Assembly (NCBI GenBank): GCA_017479645.1 | Contig: JAFVBZ010000048.1 | Span: forward strand, 6,045 to 70,044 | DNA length: 64,000 bases | Reading direction: 5' to 3' | Source of the DNA: Ruminiclostridium sp. | GTDB taxonomy: Bacteria; Bacillota; Clostridia; Oscillospirales; Ruminococcaceae | In this document: one piece after another, positions 9,620 to 19,449 of the stretch | How the letters are laid out: each line of letters opens with the position of its first letter | How positions within the stretch are numbered: the first letter of the stretch is position 1 | Made by a program: the position numbers and the translations under genes | The notes under the pieces: model-generated | Database searches by the model: none | What the model was told of the DNA's origin: nothing | Seen by the model: only the letters and a program-made list of their open reading frames with translations

Positions 9620-12139
9620 TTATCTTATTATTTCGTAGCCTTTGGCGGTTATCGCCTCTTCGATCTCGGGCAGGTGAACAAGTTCGCTGCTCAGATGCAG
9701 GACCGCCGTTCCCTTCTCGTGGCTGACATCGGCACTCTCCACTTCCGGAAAACTCTCCGCGCATTTGCGCACAGTCGCTTCACAATGCGGACACATCATT
9801 CCGCTTATATTTATGGTGTACGTTCGGTCTGTGACAATATCCGCGGTTATGCCGACGGATTCCGGGATTGCATTTTTGCGGGGTCTGTCGTGCTTTGTGG
9901 AATAGGGTCTGAACAGGTTGAGACGAAGTGCATTGGTCACTACGCAGAAACTTGAAAGGCTCATCGCCGCCGCGCCGAACATCGGGTCAAGCTCCCAGCC
10001 TGTCAGCGCGATGTAAACTCCCGCCGCAAGGGGAATGCCGATGATGTTGTAGATGAAAGCCCAGAAGAGATTCTGTTTTATATTGCGCAGTACCGCTCTG
10101 CTGAGCCGTATAGCCGCCGCTGCGTCGGAAAGGCTGCTCTTCATAAGCACAACGTCCGCCGCATCTATCGCAACGTCCGTTCCGGCTCCTATCGCTATTC
10201 CGATATCCGCACGGGTGAGCGCAGGCGCATCATTGATGCCGTCGCCGATCATAGCAACTTTTCCGTGCTTCTGCAAACTTCGGATAACTGCCTCTTTGCC
10301 GTCCGGCAGCACCCCGGCGATCACTTCGTCTATTCCTGCCTGCTTTCCGACAGCATCGGCTGTTCGCTTGTTGTCTCCGGTAAGCATAACGACACGGATA
10401 CCCATATTGCGGAGCTGTTTTACCGCTTCGGCGGAATCCGGCTTTATCGTGTCCGCCACAGCTATGATGCCGAGAAGTTTTCCGCCTTTGGCGAAATACA
10501 TCGGGGTCTTGCCGTTTCCGGCAAGCTCTTCGGCTTGTTTCCTTGCCTCATCGGATATTTCAGCAAAACCGGATATAAAGCCTGCATTTCCGCCGCATAC
10601 ATCTTCTCCGTCCAACACGGCTGTCAGCCCGCTGCCGGAATGCGCTTTGAATTCCGCCGCTTCATGGGCTGAAATGCCCTTACCGGAAGCATAGCGCATT
10701 ATCGCCTTCGCCAGCGGGTGCTCGCTTCTCGATTCGAGGGAAGCCGCTGTTTCAAGAAGTTCCTCCCCGCTTACGGACAAAGGCAGAACATCTGTGACCT
10801 CCGGCTCCCCGGCAGTTACAGTTCCTGTCTTGTCAAGAGCGGCTATCTGAACCTTGCCGGTCTCTTCGAGGGATACGGCGGTCTTGAAAAGTACGCCGTT
10901 CTTTGCGCCTACACCGCTGCCCACCATTATTGCGACAGGCGTGGCAAGTCCGAATGCGCAGGGACAGCTTATGACGAGCACCGAGACTGCTCTTGCAAGA
11001 GCGTAGGGGAAGGTCTGACCCACAAGGAGCCAGATGATAAGCGTAACGAGAGCGATGCCGATAACAGTCGGAACGAATATGCCGGAGACCTTATCGGCAG
11101 TCTTGGCTATCGGCGCTTTTGTGGCTGCGGCATCGCTCACGGTCTTTATGATCTTTGCTATCGCGGTATCTTCGCCTACCCGTACTGCCCGACAGCGCAG
11201 AAATCCGGATTGGTTTATAGTGGCTGCGGAAACGGAACTTCCCGGCTCCTTGTCCACAGGAATGCTCTCACCGGTAAGCGCCGATTCATTGACCGCGCTC
11301 TGTCCGTCAATAACTGTGCCGTCAACGGGAATGCTTTCACCGGGACGGACTGCGAAAATATCACCGATACGGACTTCCGATACGGGAACGGTGACCTCTT
11401 TTCCGTCACGTTCAAGCACAGCGGTATCGGGCGCAAGCTTCATCAGGCTTTTCAGCGCGTCGGTTGTCCTGCCCTTTGAGTAGGCTTCGATGGTCTTGCC
11501 GACAGTTATGAGCGTCAGTATCATCGCCGACGACTCGAACCACAGGTTCATCATATCGCTCATGACACGCTCATTGTCACCGTGAACTACCGCGTCGGTC
11601 ATGTCGAAAAGCATGAAAACACTCCATACAAACGAAACGCCGGAACCCATCGCAACGAGCGTATCCATATTCGGAGCGCCGTGCAGCGCGCCTTTGAATC
11701 CGCTTATGAAGAATTTACGGTTTATTATCATCACTGCCGCCGCAAGTATCATCTGTACCAGTGCCATGGCAGTGTGATTGCCGTCGAACCACTGTGGGAG
11801 CGGAAATCCCCACATCATGTGACCCATTGACACATACATCAGCGGCAGAAGTATGCACAGCGACGCAATAAGCCGCTTTTTAAGCGCAGGTGTCTCTCTG
11901 TCCTCAAGTTCGTCCGCGCCGGAAGCCTGCTTCCTTTCAGCGCCTTTGAGGGACGCGCCGTAGCCTGCGTCCTCGACAGCCTTTATTATATCCGCGGAAG
12001 AGGCGCTTCCCTCGACACCCATTGAGTTTGTGAGAAGGCTTACCGCGCATGAAGTCACTCCGGGAACGGAACCGACAGCTTTTTCGACTCTTGCGCTGCA
12101 AGCCGCACAGCTCATTCCGGTGATATTGTACTGTTCCAT
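9620..12139 (-). CDS. copA: Copper-translocating P1B-type ATPase
   Basis: N-terminal GMSCAAC and C-terminal GMMCPHC metal-binding domains, CPC motif, DKTGT phosphorylation site, [10 protein letters not shown] and MSLSS motifs. Confidence 0.93.
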   Translation of the reverse strand: MEQYNITGMSCAACSARVEKAVGSVPGVTSCAVSLLTNSMGVEGSASSADIIKAVEDAGYGASLKGAERKQASGADELEDRETPALKKRLIASLCILLPLMYVSMGHMMWGFPLPQWFDGNHTAMALVQMILAAAVMIINRKFFISGFKGALHGAPNMDTLVAMGSGVSFVWSVFMLFDMTDAVVHGDNERVMSDMMNLWFESSAMILTLITVGKTIEAYSKGRTTDALKSLMKLAPDTAVLERDGKEVTVPVSEVRIGDIFAVRPGESIPVDGTVIDGQSAVNESALTGESIPVDKEPGSSVSAATINQSGFLRCRAVRVGEDTAIAKIIKTVSDAAATKAPIAKTADKVSGIFVPTVIGIALVTLIIWLLVGQTFPYALARAVSVLVISCPCAFGLATPVAIMVGSGVGAKNGVLFKTAVSLEETGKVQIAALDKTGTVTAGEPEVTDVLPLSVSGEELLETAASLESRSEHPLAKAIMRYASGKGISAHEAAEFKAHSGSGLTAVLDGEDVCGGNAGFISGFAEISDEARKQAEELAGNGKTPMYFAKGGKLLGIIAVADTIKPDSAEAVKQLRNMGIRVVMLTGDNKRTADAVGKQAGIDEVIAGVLPDGKEAVIRSLQKHGKVAMIGDGINDAPALTRADIGIAIGAGTDVAIDAADVVLMKSSLSDAAAAIRLSRAVLRNIKQNLFWAFIYNIIGIPLAAGVYIALTGWELDPMFGAAAMSLSSFCVVTNALRLNLFRPYSTKHDRPRKNAIPESVGITADIVTDRTYTINISGMMCPHCEATVRKCAESFPEVESADVSHEKGTAVLHLSSELVHLPEIEEAITAKGYEIIR

Positions 12140-12299
12140 ATATATCTTCCTTTCCGGTACTATTATACCATATTAAAACGAGATAATCAATAGCAAAGAA
12201 AACCGAAAAAAGATGAGTCCGTCAAAGGCGGCTTCGGTAACACGCGCTATGTGCTTATTCCGCATTTTCGCAAAATTGCAGCCGGCGCCGGCGGGTTTG

Positions 12300-12328
12300 T
12301 TGACAATTGGCTTCAAGGGTGATATAAT
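12300..12328 (+). promoter_or_regulatory. Consensus sigma-A promoter with extended -10
   Basis: TTGACA-17-TATAAT with TGn. Confidence 0.8.
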
Positions 12329-12374
12329 GTTATGTAAAGTTGTGTCTGCATACCGGAATTCACGGAGATAAAGC

Positions 12375-13193
12375 ATGTTGATAAAAATCGGGCAATTTGA
12401 AATAACCGAATGCTGGGACGGAGTATTCTGTAAAAAGCTGTCCGCGTATCCGGATATCACGGAATGGGAAATACAGACCATACTGGATTTCATCAGATAC
12501 GAAAAAACTTACGGCAGAGATTGCGAGATCATTGCCGAAGATCAGATCATCGAAAAGATCGGGCGATACAGACCGGAGTATGAAAAAGGCACCCGTATCT
12601 CTCCTCCCGCCAGAATAGAAGAATGCACCGCTTGTCCGGCATATAAAGGCTGTATGACTGATTATGTCTGCCACACTTCATCAGTCGGAAACGCTGTAAA
12701 GATCATAAGCTGCGGCAGTTTGCTCTCGCCGGTTCGCGCAAGGAATATGAAGGCTTCCGAGCTTGCGGAAGAAGCACGGAATGCTGCTCATGACCCGGCT
12801 GATTATTTTGAATATATTATGTTTGCATGGGGGAACTGCCAAGCCGGAGATCGGCTTGTGACAGAAAGAATGCTCGGGCATTTTCCGGATAAAAACGATC
12901 TTGCTCCTCCCGCGTTTGTTCCCGGAGTACGCTTTTTCTTTAAATACAGCGAACTTGCAAAGCACCCCTGCGCGGTCTTTGAAGGTGTCCTGCCGCTGAA
13001 GGTCAGAGATGAAGTTGTGCTTAAAGATTGGGTATCGGCAATAATAATCCCGGAGACATACCGCAGTACATTTGAGCCCTGTATAAATGAAGATCTGAAG
13101 CCAAGGATCCGTTTTCTCCGGCAAGACGGCAAAGATATATGGGAATGGTCAGGATATGTATATGAATACGTCAAAAGTCTTTATGCGACGTGA
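12375..13193 (+). CDS. Hypothetical protein with an ADP-ribosyltransferase-like (DarT-like) motif pattern
   Basis: 272 aa with its own promoter and GGAG RBS; VCHTSSVGNAVKIISCGSLLS and DYFEYIMFAW. The ORF is well supported; the function is inference. Confidence 0.75.
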   Translation: MLIKIGQFEITECWDGVFCKKLSAYPDITEWEIQTILDFIRYEKTYGRDCEIIAEDQIIEKIGRYRPEYEKGTRISPPARIEECTACPAYKGCMTDYVCHTSSVGNAVKIISCGSLLSPVRARNMKASELAEEARNAAHDPADYFEYIMFAWGNCQAGDRLVTERMLGHFPDKNDLAPPAFVPGVRFFFKYSELAKHPCAVFEGVLPLKVRDEVVLKDWVSAIIIPETYRSTFEPCINEDLKPRIRFLRQDGKDIWEWSGYVYEYVKSLYAT

Positions 13194-13252
13194 TCGGAAC
13201 TATATCATAAAAGGCTGATTTACGCTTAACTATTATTATGGAAGGTGAATAA

Positions 13253-15067
13253 ATGCACAAGGAATTCTTAATGGGAAATGCAGCTATTGCGCGCGGAGCA
13301 ATAGCCGCCGGACTTAACCTCGTTTCCGGCTATCCCGGCACCCCCTCCACGGAGGTGCTCGAAACTTCCGCGAAATGCAGCAGCGGTTCGATGTATGTCG
13401 AATGGTCTGTGAACGAGAAGGCAGCAATGGAGCTTGCTGCCGGAGCCGCTTACTGCGGCGCACGCACAATGGTCACAATGAAGCAGGTGGGACTGAACGT
13501 TGCGTCAGACCCGCTGATGAGCCTTGCATATATCGGCGTCAAAGGCGGTATGGTAGTGCTTGTGGCTGACGATCCGGGTCCGATATCCTCGCAGACCGAA
13601 CAGGATACCCGTACTTTCGCTGCGTTCTCAAAGCTTCCCTGCTTTGACCCGTCTTCTGTACAGGAAACCTATGACATGATCGGTGAAGCATTCGAGCTTT
13701 CCGAAAAGTATCATACTCCCGTGCTGTTCAGACCGACTACCCGCGTCTGTCACGGCTATGCGTCAATAACCGTTAAAGACGAGGACGAGTTTAAGACAAA
13801 CGAGCCGGAGGGGTTCGTCCGTGACCCGTCGAAGTGGGTTATTTTCCCCCGCCTGTCATACAACGCGCATATTAACATAGAAGCGCGGAATGTTACGCTT
13901 TCGGAGGAACTCTCCTCTTACAGCCGAAACCTTATAATACCGGAAAAGGCGGAAGGCTGCCGCAAGGGTATTGCCACACACGGCATCAGCTACACTTACG
14001 TCACCGAAGCGCTTCGTGACAAGTCCGCTCCGCGCGTTATGAAGGTGACTACTCCTTTCCCGTTTCCGGAAAAGGCTGCCCTCGCATTTCTTGAAGGACT
14101 GGACGAGGTGCTCTGCATAGAAGAGCTTGACCCGGTGATCGAGCGCGAGCTGACGTATATCTGCGGAAAGCACGGACTTAACGTGAAAATACGCGGTAAG
14201 CTTACGCATGATGTAAAGAATGCGGGTGAGAACACCTGCGGTTCAGTTGCCGGAAACATTGCCGCGTTCATGGGCTGGGAGATGCCCGGAAAGACGGAAG
14301 CGGAAGCCGCTCCCGCACTTCCTGTCCGTCCGCCTGTACTGTGTGCCGGCTGTCCGCACCGCGCTTCGTTCTTCGCGGTAAAGGAAGCCATGAAGGGAAA
14401 GAAAGCCGTGTTCTGCGGAGATATCGGCTGCTATACTCTCGGAAACGCAATGCCGCTTGATATGGTTGACACCTGTCTGTGTATGGGCGCGGGCGTGAAC
14501 ATAACACAGGGCATCGGTCACATTGAACCGGATACAGTATGCTTCGCTTTCGTCGGCGATTCCACATTCTTCGCCTCCGCGATAACCGGCGCTGTGAACG
14601 CGGTATATAACCAGGCAGATATGACTCTCGTAATTCTCGACAACTCCACCACCGCAATGACCGGTCACCAGCCTCACCCGGGAACCGGAAGAACGGTAAT
14701 GGGAGAGATAGTCGAAAAGATAGACATTACCGCTGTACTCCACGGTATCGGCGTAAAGACAGTGGAGACAGTAAACCCGCTTGAACTTAAGAAAGCAGTC
14801 GAAACAGTAAAGCGCGTTGCTTCCGAAAAGGGAGTAAAGGCGATAATCTTCAAATCCCCCTGCGCTGTAATAATAAAGCCGGAGAAGCCGGCAGTCATAG
14901 ACCCGGAGAAATGCACGAACTGCAAGAAGTGCATAAGATCGCTGGGTTGTCCCGGAATCGTGATTAAAGACGGACGTGCAGCAATAGAGAACTCGCTCTG
15001 CACCGGCTGCGGTCTGTGCAGTCAGGTCTGCCCGTTCGGAGCGATAAGCGTAAAGGAGGGCAAGTGA
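13253..15067 (+). CDS. iorA: Indolepyruvate:ferredoxin oxidoreductase alpha subunit
   Basis: SGYPGTPSTE, WSVNEK, RPPVLCAGCPHR, GDIGCY, GDSTFF, C-terminal 2x[4Fe-4S]. Confidence 0.95.
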   Translation: MHKEFLMGNAAIARGAIAAGLNLVSGYPGTPSTEVLETSAKCSSGSMYVEWSVNEKAAMELAAGAAYCGARTMVTMKQVGLNVASDPLMSLAYIGVKGGMVVLVADDPGPISSQTEQDTRTFAAFSKLPCFDPSSVQETYDMIGEAFELSEKYHTPVLFRPTTRVCHGYASITVKDEDEFKTNEPEGFVRDPSKWVIFPRLSYNAHINIEARNVTLSEELSSYSRNLIIPEKAEGCRKGIATHGISYTYVTEALRDKSAPRVMKVTTPFPFPEKAALAFLEGLDEVLCIEELDPVIERELTYICGKHGLNVKIRGKLTHDVKNAGENTCGSVAGNIAAFMGWEMPGKTEAEAAPALPVRPPVLCAGCPHRASFFAVKEAMKGKKAVFCGDIGCYTLGNAMPLDMVDTCLCMGAGVNITQGIGHIEPDTVCFAFVGDSTFFASAITGAVNAVYNQADMTLVILDNSTTAMTGHQPHPGTGRTVMGEIVEKIDITAVLHGIGVKTVETVNPLELKKAVETVKRVASEKGVKAIIFKSPCAVIIKPEKPAVIDPEKCTNCKKCIRSLGCPGIVIKDGRAAIENSLCTGCGLCSQVCPFGAISVKEGK

Positions 15068-15068
15068 T

Positions 15069-15641
15069 ATGAGCACAAACATAATGATCTGCGGCGTCGG
15101 CGGTCAGGGTATCGTCCTCACATCAAAGCTTATCGCTGCCACAGCCGTTTCACATGACGTTCCGGTAATGAGTGCCGAGACAATAGGAATGGCGCAGAAG
15201 GGCGGCAGCGTATTCAGCTTTCTGCGTGTCGGAGAGGGTATAAACTGCCCCATGTTCGGTGAGGGAGAAGCCGATATTCTGATCGGATTTGAGCCGGCGG
15301 AAGCGGTAAGAATGTTCCCGTACCTGAAAAAAGGCGGTACCGCGATAGTAAATACTCACCCGATAATGCCGGTAACGGCAGCCCTTACCGGCTCGGATTA
15401 CGACGGCAGGAATATGCTTGAATATATCGAAAGGAACGCGGAAAAGTCGGTATTTATAGACGGCGACAAGGCATGCACGGAGATAGGTTCGCCGAAAGTG
15501 CTGAATATGGTGATGCTCGGTGCGGCAGTCGCAAGCGGACTGCTCCCGTTCACGCTTGAAGAGATCGAGCAGACAATGAAGGCAACTGTAAAGCCTCAGT
15601 TTGTCGAACTTAACAGCAAAGCGCTCCGCTATCCGCGCTGA
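15069..15641 (+). CDS. iorB: Indolepyruvate:ferredoxin oxidoreductase beta subunit
   Basis: CGVGGQG, ETIGMAQKGGSV, NMVMLGA; 1 bp after iorA. Confidence 0.95.
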   Translation: MSTNIMICGVGGQGIVLTSKLIAATAVSHDVPVMSAETIGMAQKGGSVFSFLRVGEGINCPMFGEGEADILIGFEPAEAVRMFPYLKKGGTAIVNTHPIMPVTAALTGSDYDGRNMLEYIERNAEKSVFIDGDKACTEIGSPKVLNMVMLGAAVASGLLPFTLEEIEQTMKATVKPQFVELNSKALRYPR

Positions 15642-15784
15642 CGCGGCGGGGAACACCCCGCTATCCGCGCTGACGCGCCTTGTCCTGCGCGGACTGCGCC
15701 AGCCTGCGCGGCTGGACCGCGGCGGGGACGAGTCTGTCGGTCAGCCCCTCTGGCACTTCGTGCCACCTCCCCTCTAAAGGGGAG
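15626..15784. repeat. 20-bp direct duplication of the iorB 3' end plus a REP-like hairpin cluster
   Basis: CCGCTATCCGCGCTGACGCG at 15626-15645 and 15658-15677; hairpins GGCAC-TTC-GTGCC and CTCCCCT-CTAA-AGGGGAG at 15752-15784. Confidence 0.7.
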
Positions 15785-15839
15785 ACACCCGCGGCGAATA
15801 CCGTAACACGGAAATTAAAAAGATACCGGAAATATGCAA

Positions 15840-15873
15840 AAAGCCTTCTGTGGTATAAACCGCGGAAGGCTTT
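15840..15873 (+). terminator. Terminator-like hairpin after iorAB
   Basis: 15-bp stem including two G-U pairs, 4-nt loop. Confidence 0.65.
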
Positions 15874-15990
15874 CCTGTTTATAATGCTGTTGCAAAATCG
15901 GACGATCTGTGATATACTGATTGATATCGGTATCAAAATATAAAACGGTATGGGGATAAGCCGGACAAATGAAAAAATAAAGGTGACCGT

Positions 15991-17028
15991 ATGAAAAGAA
16001 TAATACTGTTTATCCTGCTGGCGTTTACAGCGCTTTCATTTTCCGCAGGCTGCGGAAATATATCGTATGAAATGACAGCCCGGAACCGTGCGGAAAGCTA
16101 TGTCAAAGAAAAGTACGGATTCAGTGCGGATATCACGGCTGTTCTGCTTGCCGAAACCGGCTGGCTCGAATTCACATGGGAAGCGCCGCAGTTCGCTCAT
16201 GTCCGTATGAAGCATGACGGCACGGAATTCGATGTGCTCGTGCCTGTCCGCAGCAGCGATGACTCATGGCTGTGCGACAATTACGAAGCTGACAGGATAT
16301 GCGCGGAAATAACGGAATATGTGAAAAACGAGCTGAAATGCAGCAATGCCGCATTCCGCATAGATTACGGAAGCAGCTACGGCAATCATCTGCTTCAAAA
16401 AGATATACGCTCCGCCGATGATCTGAAAAAATCAGAGAATGCAAAAACAATATCCGTATTTGCTTACGGTCTTGATGCGGAGAATGTAAAAAAGCTGGAT
16501 CCCGCAAAATACGGCAAAGCTGCGAATTTCACCATAGTGGAATGGGGAGACGAAAAGCTGCCCGAAGTGCCGTACGGTCTGATAAGGGGTCTTCCGAAAC
16601 AGTGCGGCTGGAACATTTCCGCAATACATTACACCGAAAATGACGGGAGCTGGTCTCATGTGAAATTTGACCGTATCACCGCAGGGAACCTGCGCCTTGT
16701 GATGCCGTCGGAATGCGCCGTTTCAATGGAGCCGGCAGACGGTCACGGTGAACCGGACGACGTTCCGGTCACAGACTGGTACTGCATAAAAGGAACAGGC
16801 ACGATCGAAGGCTACGGTGCGGTATATGCTGATATTGACACTGACCCGGACGAGGAATACTGCATAGAATATATGCACGACGGAAAAGCGTATTATATGC
16901 GGATATCGCATACCGAAGCCAAGAACGCCGAGTATGAGCTTTACTCGCAAATGTACAGCGGCAAAAATGGGATCGACTTCACTTTCAGAGTCGTGAAGCG
17001 GGACTATATAAAGAGCATGTCGGAATAA
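15991..17028 (+). CDS. Lipoprotein, function unknown
   Basis: 345 aa; signal peptide with lipobox-like SAGC; AAGGTGA RBS. Confidence 0.8.
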   Translation: MKRIILFILLAFTALSFSAGCGNISYEMTARNRAESYVKEKYGFSADITAVLLAETGWLEFTWEAPQFAHVRMKHDGTEFDVLVPVRSSDDSWLCDNYEADRICAEITEYVKNELKCSNAAFRIDYGSSYGNHLLQKDIRSADDLKKSENAKTISVFAYGLDAENVKKLDPAKYGKAANFTIVEWGDEKLPEVPYGLIRGLPKQCGWNISAIHYTENDGSWSHVKFDRITAGNLRLVMPSECAVSMEPADGHGEPDDVPVTDWYCIKGTGTIEGYGAVYADIDTDPDEEYCIEYMHDGKAYYMRISHTEAKNAEYELYSQMYSGKNGIDFTFRVVKRDYIKSMSE

Positions 17029-17073
17029 CACGAAAGCGGTCAGTTCACATGAACCGACCGCTATTTACAGCTG

Positions 17074-18177
17074 TTATTTTATTTTGGAAATAAGGCTTTC
17101 CATAGACTTCGTGGTAAGCGATCTGCCGGAAACTACGGAATATGAGCACTTTCCGTCTGTCCAGACTGCCGCGCTTACGCCCTTGCCGCTGCTTTTAAGC
17201 GTTACTGTGCTGCCGTTTATCTCCTTTTCGGAAATACTCTTGTATTCGTTATAATCTCCGCTGATATCATCGGTTCCGGTGCCTTTGCGGACTGTTATCG
17301 TATTGTCTCCGTTGGAGAAGCGGACTTCCGCAATCCCTTTCATTGCCTGGATATATACGATCTTATAGCGTCCGGACTTTTCGGGAACTTCAAATGTAAC
17401 CCCGGCTGCTTTTGCAGCTTCCTCAACACTCTTGTACTCTGTCCACGGATTTCCTGTGCCGACCGTCATACTATCACCCGTATTATCCATATTTCCGAGA
17501 TCAAGCGCCTGTATGTCTCCTACCGAAGCATTGCCCTTGAGATCGCAGTATATCGTCACAAGAGACCACCCGTAAGAAGCGCCGGGATATACTCCTTTGC
17601 TGCGGCATAGCACCTTATAGTTCGTACCCGAAACTATCTGGCTTCCGAGATAAGCAACGGGAGAGTATGCAACTCCCACCAGCTCTTTCATCGCCTTTTT
17701 GTAAGCGCTGTAAACAGTTTCATTCCTGCTTATTGTAAACAGACCGCTGTTGGCGGTAAATCCGCCCATAAGCTGTTCGCCTATGATCGTCTGAAAACCG
17801 GTTATCTCCGCATTTCCTTTCAGATCCTCATAGATGTACATTACCTTTATCTGCGTTGCTCCTCCGTCGGGGTTGAGCTCGTCCGCTTTTACAAGAATAG
17901 CATAGTTTGTTCCCGCAACGACCTGTGTTCCGAGCAGTGCTATCGCCTTGAACGACCAGCCAGCATGATCCTTTGTAGCTTTCCTGAACGCCGCCTTTGC
18001 TCCGGGATTCTTACTCATCGCAGCATAGCTGTCATTTACAGCCCACCCTCCTGTCATCGGGGTGCTCATCTCCGTCAGAGTTGTATCAGCGTCCTCTGCC
18101 GATACGGAAACAGCTGTGCATGACAGAGCCGATATTACCGCAAGAGCTGCCGCTGTAAGTTTTAATGCTTTTTTCAT
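17074..18177 (-). CDS. Secreted protein with two cystatin-like domains and a C-terminal DUF4367-like domain
   Basis: Signal peptide; GGW...QVVAGTNY and GGF...QIVSGTNY; C-terminal GNPWTEYKSVEEAAKAAG. Confidence 0.8.
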   Translation of the reverse strand: MKKALKLTAAALAVISALSCTAVSVSAEDADTTLTEMSTPMTGGWAVNDSYAAMSKNPGAKAAFRKATKDHAGWSFKAIALLGTQVVAGTNYAILVKADELNPDGGATQIKVMYIYEDLKGNAEITGFQTIIGEQLMGGFTANSGLFTISRNETVYSAYKKAMKELVGVAYSPVAYLGSQIVSGTNYKVLCRSKGVYPGASYGWSLVTIYCDLKGNASVGDIQALDLGNMDNTGDSMTVGTGNPWTEYKSVEEAAKAAGVTFEVPEKSGRYKIVYIQAMKGIAEVRFSNGDNTITVRKGTGTDDISGDYNEYKSISEKEINGSTVTLKSSGKGVSAAVWTDGKCSYSVVSGRSLTTKSMESLISKIK

Positions 18178-18361
18178 GGTGTTTCTCCTTTGAACCGTTT
18201 ATATGATTGCATATTCTATACAAAGAATAGCACAAACCACCGTTATTGTCAAGTGTCCGCTGCATGCATTCCCATATATGCCGCCCTCTCGTGAAGCAAA
18301 GCGATTGACACACACGGAGCGCCGTGGTATAATAAGGCTATAAAGATCCCGGAGGTGCAGT

Positions 18362-18988
18362 ATGATAAACAATATTTCGGTAAATACCCAGAGCAGTATC
18401 CGTATCGACTGCGGAACGACGATAATACGGGCAGACCCGTTCAAAATAGCCGGTGAGCCGCATGATGCCGGCATCATATTCATAACCCACGATCACTACG
18501 ATCATTTCTCGCCGGAAGACATTCAGAAAGTCCGCAGACCGGACACTGTATTTGCCGCGCCCGCAAGCATGAAAGGCAAGCTGGAAAGCATCGGGATAAG
18601 CAATGCCGTGCTGCTTTCTCCGGGCGAAAAAACAGAGATCGCTGGAATACCGGTTGAAGCTGTTCCGGCTTACAATACGCTTAAACCGTTTCACCCAAGA
18701 TCAAACGGCTGGCTCGGATACATCATTGCAGTTAACGGAAAGCGGATTTATGCTGCCGGAGATACCGACGCGGTAAAAGAAGTGAGAGCCGTTGAATGCG
18801 ACATCGCTCTTGTTCCTGTCGGCGGCACTTTTACCATGAATCACAAGGAAGCTGCGAAACTCATAAACGAGATAAGACCCGGTATCGCTGTGCCGATACA
18901 TTACGGCTCTATCGTCGGCGACAGATCGGACGGCGAGAAATTCCGCAAACTTGTTGACCGCGGCATCGAAGTTGTTCTGAAGCTGTAA
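18362..18988 (+). CDS. MBL-fold metallo-hydrolase
   Basis: ITHDHYDHFS, YAAGDT, AVPIHYG; promoter TTGACA-17-TATAAT at 18305-18333. Confidence 0.9.
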   Translation: MINNISVNTQSSIRIDCGTTIIRADPFKIAGEPHDAGIIFITHDHYDHFSPEDIQKVRRPDTVFAAPASMKGKLESIGISNAVLLSPGEKTEIAGIPVEAVPAYNTLKPFHPRSNGWLGYIIAVNGKRIYAAGDTDAVKEVRAVECDIALVPVGGTFTMNHKEAAKLINEIRPGIAVPIHYGSIVGDRSDGEKFRKLVDRGIEVVLKL

Positions 18989-18999
18989 TGCTTCTGTTC

Positions 19000-19215
19000 T
19001 CAGCTCAAAGGTCTGCAGTTTTTCTCGATCTCTTCATCTGAAACCGTCGTTCCGATATCCCATTTCAGCTGATACGCAAGGATATCCGCCAGCTGTACTT
19101 TCCGTTCAGCGCCGTTTTCAGATGTGAGTATCAGCGTTACCATAGGTTCTTCGCCCGGCATAAAGCCCTCACAGCCGTTGTCGGGCTCGATAAGATCTGT
19201 TATTCTGTAAATCAT
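19000..19215 (-). CDS. Small acidic hypothetical protein
   Basis: 71 aa; AAGGA RBS; promoter TTGACT-17-TATATT near 19331-19359. Confidence 0.65.
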   Translation of the reverse strand: MIYRITDLIEPDNGCEGFMPGEEPMVTLILTSENGAERKVQLADILAYQLKWDIGTTVSDEEIEKNCRPLS

Positions 19216-19449
19216 TTGATTTTATGTTCCTTTTTGTTTATCACGGTTATTCTTTAAGATCCCACACATGCTGCCTACAGATACGGCATTATCGTCTTCC
19301 GGGAATTAGGCAGCATCATAATGTCACTTAAATATATCACCAAAAACCCGAAAAGTCAATAGTTATACCGAAAACTTAAGCCCGGCTCCGATAATCTTCA
19401 AAGCCGGGCTTACTATATTTCTGCTGCTATGCCGGCTGCCCGCCGTTCC

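Noticed and set aside
15626-15677. Resemblance of TATCCGCGCTGACGCGGCGGGGAACAC to a type I-E CRISPR repeat
   Set aside because: Only two 20-bp units 12 bp apart, overlapping the iorB stop, with no spacers of CRISPR length and no cas genes; best read as a local duplication.
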